From Candidatus Latescibacterota bacterium (GTDB lineage Bacteria > Latescibacterota > UBA2968 > UBA8231): DNA of 64,000 bases. Under the pieces are notes generated by a model. The model did no database searches, was not told the DNA's origin, and saw nothing but the letters and a program-made list of their open reading frames with translations. Location of the stretch: NCBI GenBank assembly GCA_965261395.1, contig OZ253462.1, positions 3,808,001 to 3,872,000 on the forward strand, in the 5' to 3' direction. How positions within the stretch are numbered: position 1 is the first letter of the stretch; every line of letters starts with the position of its first letter. This document shows positions 48,102 to 57,144 of this stretch, one piece after another. The position numbers were made by a program, and so were the translations under genes.

Positions 48102-48857
48102 ATGGCACATTTGCGATTTGCAGCACCTGTGGAGCAGAGGGTGGCCCTGATTACGGGGGGGGCGCGCGGCATCGGGGGTGCGGCCGCACTGCGCTTGGCC
48201 GAGGCCGGGCGGCACATCGTCATTGTCGATGTGCTGGCGGAACCAGCGCGGGAACGGGTGCGGGAGATCGAGGCCATGGGGCAGCAGGCGCTCTTTGTCG
48301 ATACGGATGTGACCGACGAGGGGCAGGTGCACGAGGCGGTGGCCCAAGCGGTGGCGGCTTTTGGGCGGCTGGATATCCTAGTGTGCAGCGCCGGTATCTT
48401 GGGGTGGGAGAAACCCTTTTTCGAGCAGACAGCCGCGCAGTTTGCCAAGGTTATGCAGATCAATATCCATGGGGTGTACTATGCGCATCAGGCGGCGGTC
48501 CCGCACATGCTTGAGCAAGGGTGGGGGCGCTGCGTGACGATTTCTTCTGGGGCGCGTAACGGCAGCCCGAATCAGGTGCCGTACTCGGTGTCCAAGGGGG
48601 CGGTCTGGTCGTTTATTCAGGCACTGGGCGACGCTTGGCCGCGACAGGGGGTGTTTGTCAACGGCGTCGAGCCGGGCCGGGCGCTGACCGACATGGTGGT
48701 GCCGCGCTTTGACGAGGCGCATCTGCGCGACCCAGGTAACGCGATAGGGCGCTACTCAGACGCGGCAGAGGTGGCCGAGGTGATTGAGTTTTTGTGCTCG
48801 GAGCGGAATACGTACACTACGGGGTCGGTGTGGAGTGTGAAGGGGGGGAAAGGGTGA
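48102..48857 (+). CDS. SDR family oxidoreductase
   Basis: TGGARGIG and YSVSK motifs; GGGAGG RBS before ATG 48102. Confidence 0.9.
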   Translation: MAHLRFAAPVEQRVALITGGARGIGGAAALRLAEAGRHIVIVDVLAEPARERVREIEAMGQQALFVDTDVTDEGQVHEAVAQAVAAFGRLDILVCSAGILGWEKPFFEQTAAQFAKVMQINIHGVYYAHQAAVPHMLEQGWGRCVTISSGARNGSPNQVPYSVSKGAVWSFIQALGDAWPRQGVFVNGVEPGRALTDMVVPRFDEAHLRDPGNAIGRYSDAAEVAEVIEFLCSERNTYTTGSVWSVKGGKG

Positions 48858-48895
48858 GATAAAAGAGTAATAGCAATGGAGGAAAGGGAGGAATT

Positions 48896-49498
48896 ATGAA
48901 CGCTATCCATGAGACAGAAGACCTGAGACAGCGCGCCAATGAAGGCGATCCGGAAGCCCAGTATAACCTTGGCTGGAGGTATTCCGCCGGTCGTGGTGTG
49001 CCGCAAGACGATGAAGAGGCGGTGAAGTGGCTCCTTAAGGCAGCCGAGCGAGAACATGCTAAAAGTCAGAACGTCCTTGGCATGATGTATTCCATTGGAC
49101 ATGGCGTGCGGCAAGATGGCGTAGAGGCGGTGAAGTGGCTCCGTAAAGCAGCCGAGCAAGAGCTTGCTCAATCCCAGCATAACCTTGGCGCGATGTATGC
49201 CATTGGCAATGGTGTGCCGCAAGACTATGTGGAGGCGGTGAAGTGGCTCCGTAAAGCAGCCGAGCAAGGGCTTGCTCAATCCCAGCACGACCTTGGCGTA
49301 ATGTATGCAAATGGCAATGGTGTGCCGCAAAACTATATGGAGGCATACCTGTGGTGGAATCTCGCTGCGGCACAAGGTAACGAGGAAGCACGCCAAAAAC
49401 GCGATATAGTTGCCGAAATGTTGACCGCTTCTCAAGTTGCCGATGCCCACCCAGTGCCGGACCCGAGCACTCGAAAAGATAGAAGAGATTCACGATGA
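48896..49498 (+). CDS. Sel1-repeat protein
   Basis: Four 36-aa repeats (AQYNLG...GRGVPQD...AVKWL.KAAEQ); DNA repeats at 108-bp period (49016, 49124, 49232). Confidence 0.92.
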   Translation: MNAIHETEDLRQRANEGDPEAQYNLGWRYSAGRGVPQDDEEAVKWLLKAAEREHAKSQNVLGMMYSIGHGVRQDGVEAVKWLRKAAEQELAQSQHNLGAMYAIGNGVPQDYVEAVKWLRKAAEQGLAQSQHDLGVMYANGNGVPQNYMEAYLWWNLAAAQGNEEARQKRDIVAEMLTASQVADAHPVPDPSTRKDRRDSR

Positions 49499-49935
49499 AT
49501 GAAGAAGAAAAATTTGAGGAGGCAATCCAACAGAAGTTCTACCAAACAAGTAAAATACACTGGAATCTGGAGTCGGTTTTTATTATCACCACCGAAGACA
49601 AGCTCCGGCTCTGTCTACACAAAAATATTGACCGTCTCGATGTCAAACGGAAGTGGTGGACACCATTGGCTCTCTTCGTGTCCCTCCTTCTTGCACTAAC
49701 CACGGCTGAATTCAAAGAGCAATTCACTATTCCCGCAGCAACTTGGCTTGCGATTTTCTTAATCGCGGCGGCAGTCACATTCCTCTGGACTATTAAGGCT
49801 ATATGGAAAGCAAGTGGAGTCGAAGTATCTGTTGAATCAATCGTATCCGAAATCAAGCAGCCACCTACAGAAGACAAGAAAAGCACCAAAACCATCAAGA
49901 GTAGGGTTACTGAGTTTCTGAAGAATCTGTTCTAA
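49495..49935 (+). CDS. Hypothetical two-TM membrane protein
   Basis: 146 aa with two hydrophobic helices, AT-richer codon usage and ATGA overlap with the Sel1 gene. Confidence 0.7.
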   Translation: MNEEEKFEEAIQQKFYQTSKIHWNLESVFIITTEDKLRLCLHKNIDRLDVKRKWWTPLALFVSLLLALTTAEFKEQFTIPAATWLAIFLIAAAVTFLWTIKAIWKASGVEVSVESIVSEIKQPPTEDKKSTKTIKSRVTEFLKNLF

Positions 49936-49971
49936 TTTTACCCCATGTAGCATTTCCCACAGGGACAAGCA

Positions 49972-51900
49972 ATGCTCGCGATTGAAGCCACCCTGCCGCT
50001 CGTACAGCCCCCGGCTTGGGCCGTGCTGGAGCGCCAGTTAATCAAGGCGATGGAGGAATCCGTCCATCCATTCTTGGAAAAGTACACCCACCCCGACGGC
50101 TGCTTAATTTGGCGCGACGGCCTGCGTCACTCCCGCGACGGGGCCGACGATTTCTACGAGAGCTTCTACAACTGGCCGCTGCTGTACTTGCTCGGCGGCG
50201 GCGACCATTTGCTCGCCTTGGGCCAGCGGCAGTGGGAGGCCACTACCGAGCTGATGGTAGAGTACGGCCACGTGTACAAGGAATACGAGATCGGCTACGA
50301 CCAGTTCCACCAGAGCGAGAGCTACATCTACTTTTACCTGCTGTGCATGGCCGACCCGACCCACGCCGAAAATGTGGCGCGGGCGCGGCGCTTTGCCGGT
50401 TTCTATCTCAACGAAGACCCAGAGGCCCTCAACTACGACCCAGAGCACAAGATCATCAAATGCGCCCACAACGGCAGCAAGGGGCCGCGCTGGCTGTACG
50501 AAGAGGATGAGGAGCCGTCGTATGGGTACAGCCCAGGGATGGCGTGCTATGGCTTGCCCTACGAGGACTTAGAGGGGATTGATGAGCCTGCCGACCTCAA
50601 GGACCCGGCTAAGGCGCGGCGCATGGGGCAGGCCATGAAGGAGCGCATGACTCGGGGCGATTGCGCCACCAACTTGCACGTCACCTCGCTGATAGCCAAC
50701 GCCTGCTATCTGACCGGCGACGACAAATACCGCGCTTGGCTACTCGAATACGTGGATGCGTGGGTCGAACGAGCCGCGGCCAATGGGGGCTTGTTGCCCG
50801 ACAACGTGGGGCTGAGCGGGCAGGTTGGAGAATACATGGAGGGACGCTGGTATGGGAGCATGTACGGCTGGACGTGGCCGCACGGGTTGTACAACATCGC
50901 CATGGCAGCCATTTTGGCCGGGACCCATTGCTATGTGCTGACCGGCGAACAAAAGTATCTCGAACTGCCCCGCACCCAGCTTAGAAAGGTCCTGGAGCAG
51001 GGGAAAATGGCCGACTTGGGTCAAATCGAGATGAGCTTGGGCGTGCACTGGATCGGCCAGCTAACCGCGCTCGGCGACGACAAGGTCAGCTTTGTGGTGC
51101 CCTATTGCTACGGGGCCAAGGGGTGGTCGGACTTCCAGCCGCTGGCGGCCATGTATCCGGCTGCGCTGTGGAACGCGAGTGGGGCAGCGGTCGATTGGGA
51201 GATGCTCGTAGCGCTCCGCGCTAAAGAGCGCTACGACTGGCGCACGGTGGTGCCGTTCCACAACAAAGAGGATGCCTACCACGAGCCGCCGTGGTTTTGC
51301 TATCTCAAGGGCGAAAACCCCGAGTATCCGGTACAGATCCTCCAAGCTGCTCTCTCGCAAGTCTATCGGCGGATGGAGCTTATCCGCCGCGACGAATCTG
51401 ACCCCCGCGACAACCACATCCACTGGTGGCAGCAGCTAAATCCAGTGACGACCGAGGCACTCATCCAACTAACCTTGGGCGCGCCGCAGCTCCTGTACAA
51501 TGGCGGCATCTTGATGGCCCCGCTGCGCTACTTCGACGCCGAGCGCAAACGCCCGGGCCTGCCAGCGGATGTGGCCGCGCTCGTCGAGACCGTGGAGCGA
51601 GATCGCCTCGTGGTGCACTTGGTGAACTTGAGTGGGATAGACGCCCGCAAGGTGTTGCTGCAAGCTGGCACCTTGGCCGAGCATCAGTTTGGGGAAGTGG
51701 CGTACAATACCTCGCAGAGCGCGTACCCGGGCGCGGTGGGAGGCTATGCTGCGCCGCCCGTGGAGCAGGCGATCAAGCGCGTTGCCGTACATGATACGCA
51801 CTTTGCGGTATCCTTGCCGCCGGGGACTGAAATCCGCCTCGAAATCGGCTTGCAGCGGCACGCGAACGCGCCGACATACGACTTGCCAACGACTTGGTAA
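49972..51900 (+). CDS. Hypothetical protein, 642 aa, possible alpha/alpha-toroid
   Basis: Long ORF with host-like codon usage; DGADDFYE, FHQSE and NPVTTEAL motifs; no family assigned confidently. Confidence 0.7.
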   Translation: MLAIEATLPLVQPPAWAVLERQLIKAMEESVHPFLEKYTHPDGCLIWRDGLRHSRDGADDFYESFYNWPLLYLLGGGDHLLALGQRQWEATTELMVEYGHVYKEYEIGYDQFHQSESYIYFYLLCMADPTHAENVARARRFAGFYLNEDPEALNYDPEHKIIKCAHNGSKGPRWLYEEDEEPSYGYSPGMACYGLPYEDLEGIDEPADLKDPAKARRMGQAMKERMTRGDCATNLHVTSLIANACYLTGDDKYRAWLLEYVDAWVERAAANGGLLPDNVGLSGQVGEYMEGRWYGSMYGWTWPHGLYNIAMAAILAGTHCYVLTGEQKYLELPRTQLRKVLEQGKMADLGQIEMSLGVHWIGQLTALGDDKVSFVVPYCYGAKGWSDFQPLAAMYPAALWNASGAAVDWEMLVALRAKERYDWRTVVPFHNKEDAYHEPPWFCYLKGENPEYPVQILQAALSQVYRRMELIRRDESDPRDNHIHWWQQLNPVTTEALIQLTLGAPQLLYNGGILMAPLRYFDAERKRPGLPADVAALVETVERDRLVVHLVNLSGIDARKVLLQAGTLAEHQFGEVAYNTSQSAYPGAVGGYAAPPVEQAIKRVAVHDTHFAVSLPPGTEIRLEIGLQRHANAPTYDLPTTW

Positions 51901-51986
51901 GGACGCGGGTACCTACCAACCTATAATCGACGGATGTTACGCACCTCCGATGATGCGTACCGTCATTAATTGAATTAGGAGAGAAT

Positions 51987-52955
51987 ATGGATTACGTGCG
52001 ATTGGGACGGGCCGGGGTCAAGGTCTCGCGGCTGTGCTTGGGCACGGCCTTCCGGGGATACTGGCATGGGCACACGGACGAGGCGACCGCTGTACGCACG
52101 GTCGAGACGGCCATTGACTTGGGTGTCAATTTCCTCGACTGCGCCAACTACTACTTTCAGGGCCGCTGCGAGGAGCTGTTGGGCAAGGCCATCAAGGGCA
52201 AGCGCGACGATTTGGTGATCACCACCAAGGTCTGGAGCCAAATAGGCGACGGCCCTAACGACCGCGGCCTGTCGCGCTTTGCCATCATGCGCGAAATCGA
52301 GCGGTCGTTGAAGCGCTTGAACACGGATTACGTGGATATCTACTTGCTGCACAACTGGGATCCAGACACCGAACTCGACGAGACGCTGCGGGCGTTTGAC
52401 GATTTGGTGCGGCAGGGCAAGGTGCGCTATGTGGGGGCCTGCAATTTTACTGCCGCCCAAGTGGTGGAGGCGCTGTGGACGGCCGATCGCGGGGGGCTGG
52501 ACCCACTGTTTACCTTACAAAATCAGTACAACCTGTTGCAGCGCTGGCAAATAGAGCCAGAACTATTGCCTTTATGTCGGCAGTACAGCCTTGGCATGAT
52601 GACCTACAGTCCGCTGGCCGTCGGCCTGTTGAGTGGTCGGTTTAAGCGCGGGCAAAAGCCGCCGGCGGATAGCGCTTGGCAGGACGATGCGCGGTTTGCC
52701 GAAGCCATGAGCGAAAAATGCGACCGGATTGTGCAAAAGCTGATCGAGATCGGCGCAGCACAGGACAAGACCCCGGCGCAGGTTGCCGTCGCTTGGATAT
52801 TGGCCAACGAGGATGTTACCGCCCCCATCATCGGCCCAGATCGGCCCGAACATGTGGAGGAAGTTGTTGGGGCACTGGAAGTGGAGCTAGGGGCCGAAGA
52901 ATTAGCAGCCTTAGACGCCCTCTCCGAGTGGACGCCCTTGGAGCGGACGCACTAA
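51987..52955 (+). CDS. Aldo/keto reductase
   Basis: VSRLCLGT, LDCANYY, ITTK, SLKRLNTDYVDIYLLH and YSPLAVGLLSG motifs. Confidence 0.93.
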   Translation: MDYVRLGRAGVKVSRLCLGTAFRGYWHGHTDEATAVRTVETAIDLGVNFLDCANYYFQGRCEELLGKAIKGKRDDLVITTKVWSQIGDGPNDRGLSRFAIMREIERSLKRLNTDYVDIYLLHNWDPDTELDETLRAFDDLVRQGKVRYVGACNFTAAQVVEALWTADRGGLDPLFTLQNQYNLLQRWQIEPELLPLCRQYSLGMMTYSPLAVGLLSGRFKRGQKPPADSAWQDDARFAEAMSEKCDRIVQKLIEIGAAQDKTPAQVAVAWILANEDVTAPIIGPDRPEHVEEVVGALEVELGAEELAALDALSEWTPLERTH

Positions 52956-53081
52956 GGAGCTGAATAAAAAAATTTGATTTTTTTCAACGGACATTCCCTG
53001 GCCGGTTTGAGCGTGTCTTTATGACTGCTTTAAGGCGTATCAACACTTTTGCTTGGGTGCTAGCCCAAAGGAGTTGACGTT

Positions 53082-56000
53082 ATGAAAGCTGCAAACGTAT
53101 GTCTCATCGGATTAGTATTCGTCGTCTCCGCGTCGGCGGAGCCGCTGTTTGAGGGGCGGGTGCGGTTGGCGTCTGGCGAACCGGTCGCTGACGCACAGGT
53201 GCGGCTGTTCGATATGACCGATCTGCGGCAGGGGGCCATTGCCCGCGCCGTGACGGATGGGACGGGGTATTTCGCGTTGCCGTTAGCGGCCTTGGCGGGA
53301 AGCGTCCTGCCTCAAGGCTTCACCTTGGGGCCGAACTATCCCAATCCGTTCAATCCCTCGACGATCATTCCCTATCAACTGGCGGCTTCGTCCGCGGTGC
53401 GGCTGGAGGTGTTCAACCTGTTAGGGCAGCATATTGCGACGTTGGTGGATGGGGAGCGTCCGGCGGGCTTTCACACGGCGACTTGGCACGCGGTGGATGG
53501 GGCAGGCCGGGCGGTAGGGGCGGGGGTGTATATCTACCGGATGACGGTGGGGGTGGAGAGTCAGACGGGGCGGATGGTGCTGATTGACGGGCAGGCCGGT
53601 GTCTCGGCTGGGGGGGCGGCTTCTGTTATGCCGGGTGCGTCTGGTATTGGCGGGTCGGATGGAGCGGATGGGCAAGTGTATGGGTTGATCGTTTCGGGCA
53701 GTGGGTTGGTTCCCTATATGGATGCGTCCTTTCGCGTCGAGGCGGGCATGGCTCCGGTGGAGTTGGTGGTGTCGTCGGGATTCCATTCGGCTGGCAAGGC
53801 TACGGACGACGACTGTCCTTTGTGCGGCTTTCTAGGCGACGGCGAGCACACCATAGAGGAAGGGCAGGGCGGGCATACGTCGCCAGAGGCGGACGAGGTA
53901 CCAGAAGAAGAAGAGGAGGCGCCGGAAGAAGAAGAGGAGGCGCCGGAAGAAGAGGAGGCGCCGGAAGAAGAGGGCTCCGATGCGCTGGTGACCATTCCCG
54001 ATGGCAACCTGCGGACGGCGATAGAGGCGGCCTTGGGCAAGGCGAGGGGGGCACCGATCACCAAGGCTGAAATGGAAACTCTGACCGAGCTTAAGGCGGG
54101 AGATGAGGGCATTAGGGGTCTGACCGGGCTAGAGTTTGCCACCAACCTGACATACTTGAGTCTTTGGCACAACAACATCACGAATATCTCGGCGCTGAGG
54201 GGCATGACCAAGCTGACACATTTGAATCTTAGTGACGACAACAAGATCACGAATATCTCGCCGCTGCGTGGCTTGACCAACCTGACATACTTGAATCTTA
54301 GTGAAAACAAGATCACGGATATCTCGTCGTTGCGTGGCTTGACCAACCTGACATACTTGAATCTTTGGGGCAACAAGATCACGGATATCTCGCCGCTGCG
54401 TGGCTTGACCAACCTGACATACTTGAATCTTTGGGGCAGCAACATTTCGGATATCTCGTCGTTGGCGGGCTTGACCAACCTGACATACTTGGAGCTTGAC
54501 AATAACAAGATCACGGATATCTCGTCGTTGCGTGGCTTGACCAACCTGACACACTTGGGTCTTTGGGGAAACAAGATCACGAATATCTCGCCGCTGAGGG
54601 GGTTGACCAACCTGACACGCTTATATTTTGCGAGCAGCAAGGTCACGGATATCTCGTCGTTGGCGGGCTTGACCAACCTGACAACCTTACATTTTGGGGG
54701 CGGCAACATTTCGGATATCTCGTCGTTGGCGGGCTTAACCAACCTGACAGACTTGACTCTTTGGGGCGACAAGGTCACGGATATCTCGTCGTTGGCGGGC
54801 TTGACCAACCTGACACACTTGGGTCTTTGGGGAAACAAGATCACGGATATCTCGTTGTTGGCGGGCTTGACCAACCTGACAGGCTTGTTTATTGCGAAGA
54901 CCAACATTTCGGATATTTCGTCATTGGCGGGCTTAACCAAGCTGACAGGCTTGACTCTTGCGTACAATAACATCAGGGATATCTCGTCGTTGGCGAGCTT
55001 GACCAACCTGACAGGCTTGACTCTTGCTTACAATAACATTTCGGATATTTCGTCATTGGCGGGCTTAACCGACCTGACATATTTGAATCTTGAGGCCAAC
55101 AGCATTTCGGATATCTCGTCATTGCGTGGCTTGACCAACCTGACATATTTGAATCTTGAGGCCAACAGCATTTCGGATATCTCGTCGTTGCGTGGCTTGA
55201 CCAACCTGATAGAGCTAAATCTTCGAATAAACCCCCTGAGTTTCTCCTCCATCAACGATCATATTCCTGTCCTTGTGAGCAGAAGGGTTACAGTAGCCTT
55301 TGACCAGTTCCGCGAGAGCGACTTCGACATCGAGCTTGTTTTTCTCGGCCCCTTCACAGAAGATCAGAAGGAGGTGCTCCGATATGTGGCTCGGCGCTGG
55401 ACGTCTGTCATTACGGAGGATCTGCCGGACTATGAATTTACCCAAGGCTGGTCGGGAGAGTGCGGCGGTCATTCATTCGAGATTCCTGCTGGGGAGCGGA
55501 TAGACGACCTGCGGATCTATGTGAAGATCTTCGACAGCGGTAGAGCCGCTGGGTGGGGTGCGCCAACGCTGTTGCGCGAGGTCACCTATCTGCCCGTCCT
55601 CGGATGCATGTCGATCAGATCATCAGCGAATTTAATGATTACAGGGCTCCACGAGACAGGGCACGTGCTGGGGTTCGGGACGATCTGGGACGATCTGGGT
55701 TTCCTGCAGAACCCGAACGCCGACACCCACTTCAACGGTCCGCTGGCGATTGCCGCATTTAACGACGCGGGCGGACGGTACTACAGGGGCAGGAAGGTGC
55801 CGGTCAAGCAGGACGGTGGGGCGCACTGGAGGGTTCCCGTGCTCGGCGGCGAAGTCATGGCGTCGGGTGGGGGGCTGGCGCTAAGCGCGATTACGGTTCA
55901 GTCCATGGCCGATCTGGGCTACGGCGTGGATGTTACCTTCGCCGACCCCTATACTCTGCCCGATGTCGCATCTGCAAAGGCCAGTGCGAAGATCTCGGCC

Positions 56001-56297
56001 GCCCTGCCCTCGATTTCCGATGTGGATGTTATTCAGGCCGACGCTTATACCCTGCCAAGTGTCTCGGCGGCTCTGCCCTCTATTCCTGGAGACGACCGCT
56101 TGAGGGGGCGTCTGGAAAATGCCGAGTGGATTGAGGGCCGTGGCTTTGATTTTGATCTTAGGGATAACCGCCTGATGGGGCGTTTGGCACCGTATCCTCA
56201 AGCGGAGCCGAAGCCGTTGTGCGGTTCCCATATCGGGCGAGAGCCGATTTACGTGATTGACCCGCAGGGCCGCATCATCCGCACCCTGGGCGACTGA
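53082..56297 (+). CDS. Secreted internalin-like LRR protein with N-terminal FlgD-Ig/T9SS-like domain and C-terminal leishmanolysin (M8)-like metallopeptidase
   Basis: Signal peptide; NYPNPFNPSTIIPY...GAGVYIYRM; acidic linker; IPDGNLR cap; about 17 22-aa LRRs; HETGHVLGFG...AHW...EVM. Confidence 0.88.
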   Translation: MKAANVCLIGLVFVVSASAEPLFEGRVRLASGEPVADAQVRLFDMTDLRQGAIARAVTDGTGYFALPLAALAGSVLPQGFTLGPNYPNPFNPSTIIPYQLAASSAVRLEVFNLLGQHIATLVDGERPAGFHTATWHAVDGAGRAVGAGVYIYRMTVGVESQTGRMVLIDGQAGVSAGGAASVMPGASGIGGSDGADGQVYGLIVSGSGLVPYMDASFRVEAGMAPVELVVSSGFHSAGKATDDDCPLCGFLGDGEHTIEEGQGGHTSPEADEVPEEEEEAPEEEEEAPEEEEAPEEEGSDALVTIPDGNLRTAIEAALGKARGAPITKAEMETLTELKAGDEGIRGLTGLEFATNLTYLSLWHNNITNISALRGMTKLTHLNLSDDNKITNISPLRGLTNLTYLNLSENKITDISSLRGLTNLTYLNLWGNKITDISPLRGLTNLTYLNLWGSNISDISSLAGLTNLTYLELDNNKITDISSLRGLTNLTHLGLWGNKITNISPLRGLTNLTRLYFASSKVTDISSLAGLTNLTTLHFGGGNISDISSLAGLTNLTDLTLWGDKVTDISSLAGLTNLTHLGLWGNKITDISLLAGLTNLTGLFIAKTNISDISSLAGLTKLTGLTLAYNNIRDISSLASLTNLTGLTLAYNNISDISSLAGLTDLTYLNLEANSISDISSLRGLTNLTYLNLEANSISDISSLRGLTNLIELNLRINPLSFSSINDHIPVLVSRRVTVAFDQFRESDFDIELVFLGPFTEDQKEVLRYVARRWTSVITEDLPDYEFTQGWSGECGGHSFEIPAGERIDDLRIYVKIFDSGRAAGWGAPTLLREVTYLPVLGCMSIRSSANLMITGLHETGHVLGFGTIWDDLGFLQNPNADTHFNGPLAIAAFNDAGGRYYRGRKVPVKQDGGAHWRVPVLGGEVMASGGGLALSAITVQSMADLGYGVDVTFADPYTLPDVASAKASAKISAALPSISDVDVIQADAYTLPSVSAALPSIPGDDRLRGRLENAEWIEGRGFDFDLRDNRLMGRLAPYPQAEPKPLCGSHIGREPIYVIDPQGRIIRTLGD
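53904..53972 (+). repeat. 18-21-bp tandem repeat encoding EEEE(E)AP
   Basis: GAAGAAGAAGAGGAGGCGCCG x2, GAAGAAGAGGAGGCGCCG, then a partial copy. Confidence 0.9.
54138..55238 (+). repeat. About 17 copies of a 66-bp LRR-coding tandem repeat
   Basis: Recurrent TTGACCAACCTGACA...GGATATCTCGTCGTTG at 66-bp period; one 69-bp unit. Confidence 0.95.
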
Positions 56298-56311
56298 AAT
56301 GCGTGAACGAG

Positions 56312-56439
56312 GCGCCCAAGGTGCGGACCATGGAAATCATCGCTGAGCTGGAGCGCTCCCCGTGCGGCATTTACACCGGCTGCATGGGCTATGTGTCGCT
56401 TGGGCCGGAGGCGTGCTTCAATGTGGCGATTCGCACGGC
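56312..56439 (+). pseudogene. 128-bp fragment of pabB, a diverged copy of 59299-59426
   Basis: Ungapped alignment with 9 mismatches; encodes APKVRTMEIIAELERSPCGIYTGCMGYVSLGPEACFNVAIRT. Confidence 0.9.
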
Positions 56440-56455
56440 AGACTGCTAAAAACGC

Positions 56456-56494
56456 AAAAAAGGGGTTCAACGACCCGAAGCCGTCGAACCCCTT
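56456..56494 (-). terminator. Intrinsic terminator for the DUF4097 gene
   Basis: AAGGGGTTC...GAACCCCTT stem with an A-tract on the plus strand (U-tract on minus). Confidence 0.65.
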
Positions 56495-56520
56495 CGACCA
56501 AAAGGCGATGCTGTGCAGCG

Positions 56521-57144
56521 CTACAGTTTGCGCAGGCGGATGGACCCGCCCGAGGTGCGCAGGGTCATGAGGGGACCACCGCCGTTGATCGAGCCCTTGA
56601 GGCTGTTTTTGTCCAGCGTGCCCTGCGGTACCGAGAAGTTGGTGGAAACGCGCCCACCCGACGTGCGGGCGTCCACCTGCAAACCGATATCCGCAGCGAG
56701 GGAGACCTCTACATTGCCGCCCGAAGTCCCGAGGTGGCAGGGACCGTGAGGCTGCTGCGAGAGTTGGGCGCGAATGGAACCACCCGACGTCCGAGCCTCG
56801 ATAGGCCCCAGCACTTCATCCACTTTGATAGAGCCGCCCGAGGTCTTGGCCTGCACCGAGCCTTGGGCCCGGCTAATGTGGATGGATCCGCCCGAGGTCT
56901 TAGCTCGCACCTCCCCGTCCACCTCTCCAATGCGGATGGAGCCCCCCGAAGTGGACACCGACGCCGTACCGGAGCAGCTTTTTAGAGAGATGGACCCACC
57001 CGAAGTTTTGCCCTCGATCGGTCCTTCGATGTGGCCAAAGCTCAGACTGCCGCCCGAAGTCCGGGCCGAGACGCGGCCCTGAAGATCGTCTACCTCAATG
57101 CCACCGCCGGAGGTGCTCAGTTCCAAATCGTGCCGGCGCGGCAC
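56521..57144 (-). pseudogene. DUF4097 beta-strand-repeat (putative adhesin) protein, apparently 5'-truncated
   Basis: Repeated TSGGSI motifs; the frame extends upstream (FRLTVPRRHDL) without a signal peptide, RBS or good start before a stop near 57258. Confidence 0.7.

Noticed and set aside
51929-51964. Fluoride riboswitch
   Set aside because: Only a loose likeness (GATG...GATGATGC.TAC); P1 geometry and P2 do not fit and the downstream gene is not fluoride-related
53714-55006. 430-aa antisense ORF over the LRR array
   Set aside because: Shadow frame caused by a repeat unit that lacks stops on the reverse strand
54138-55238. 66-bp periodic repeats as a CRISPR array
   Set aside because: The units are in-frame LRR codons, the variable parts are homologous to each other rather than unique spacers, and no cas genes are present
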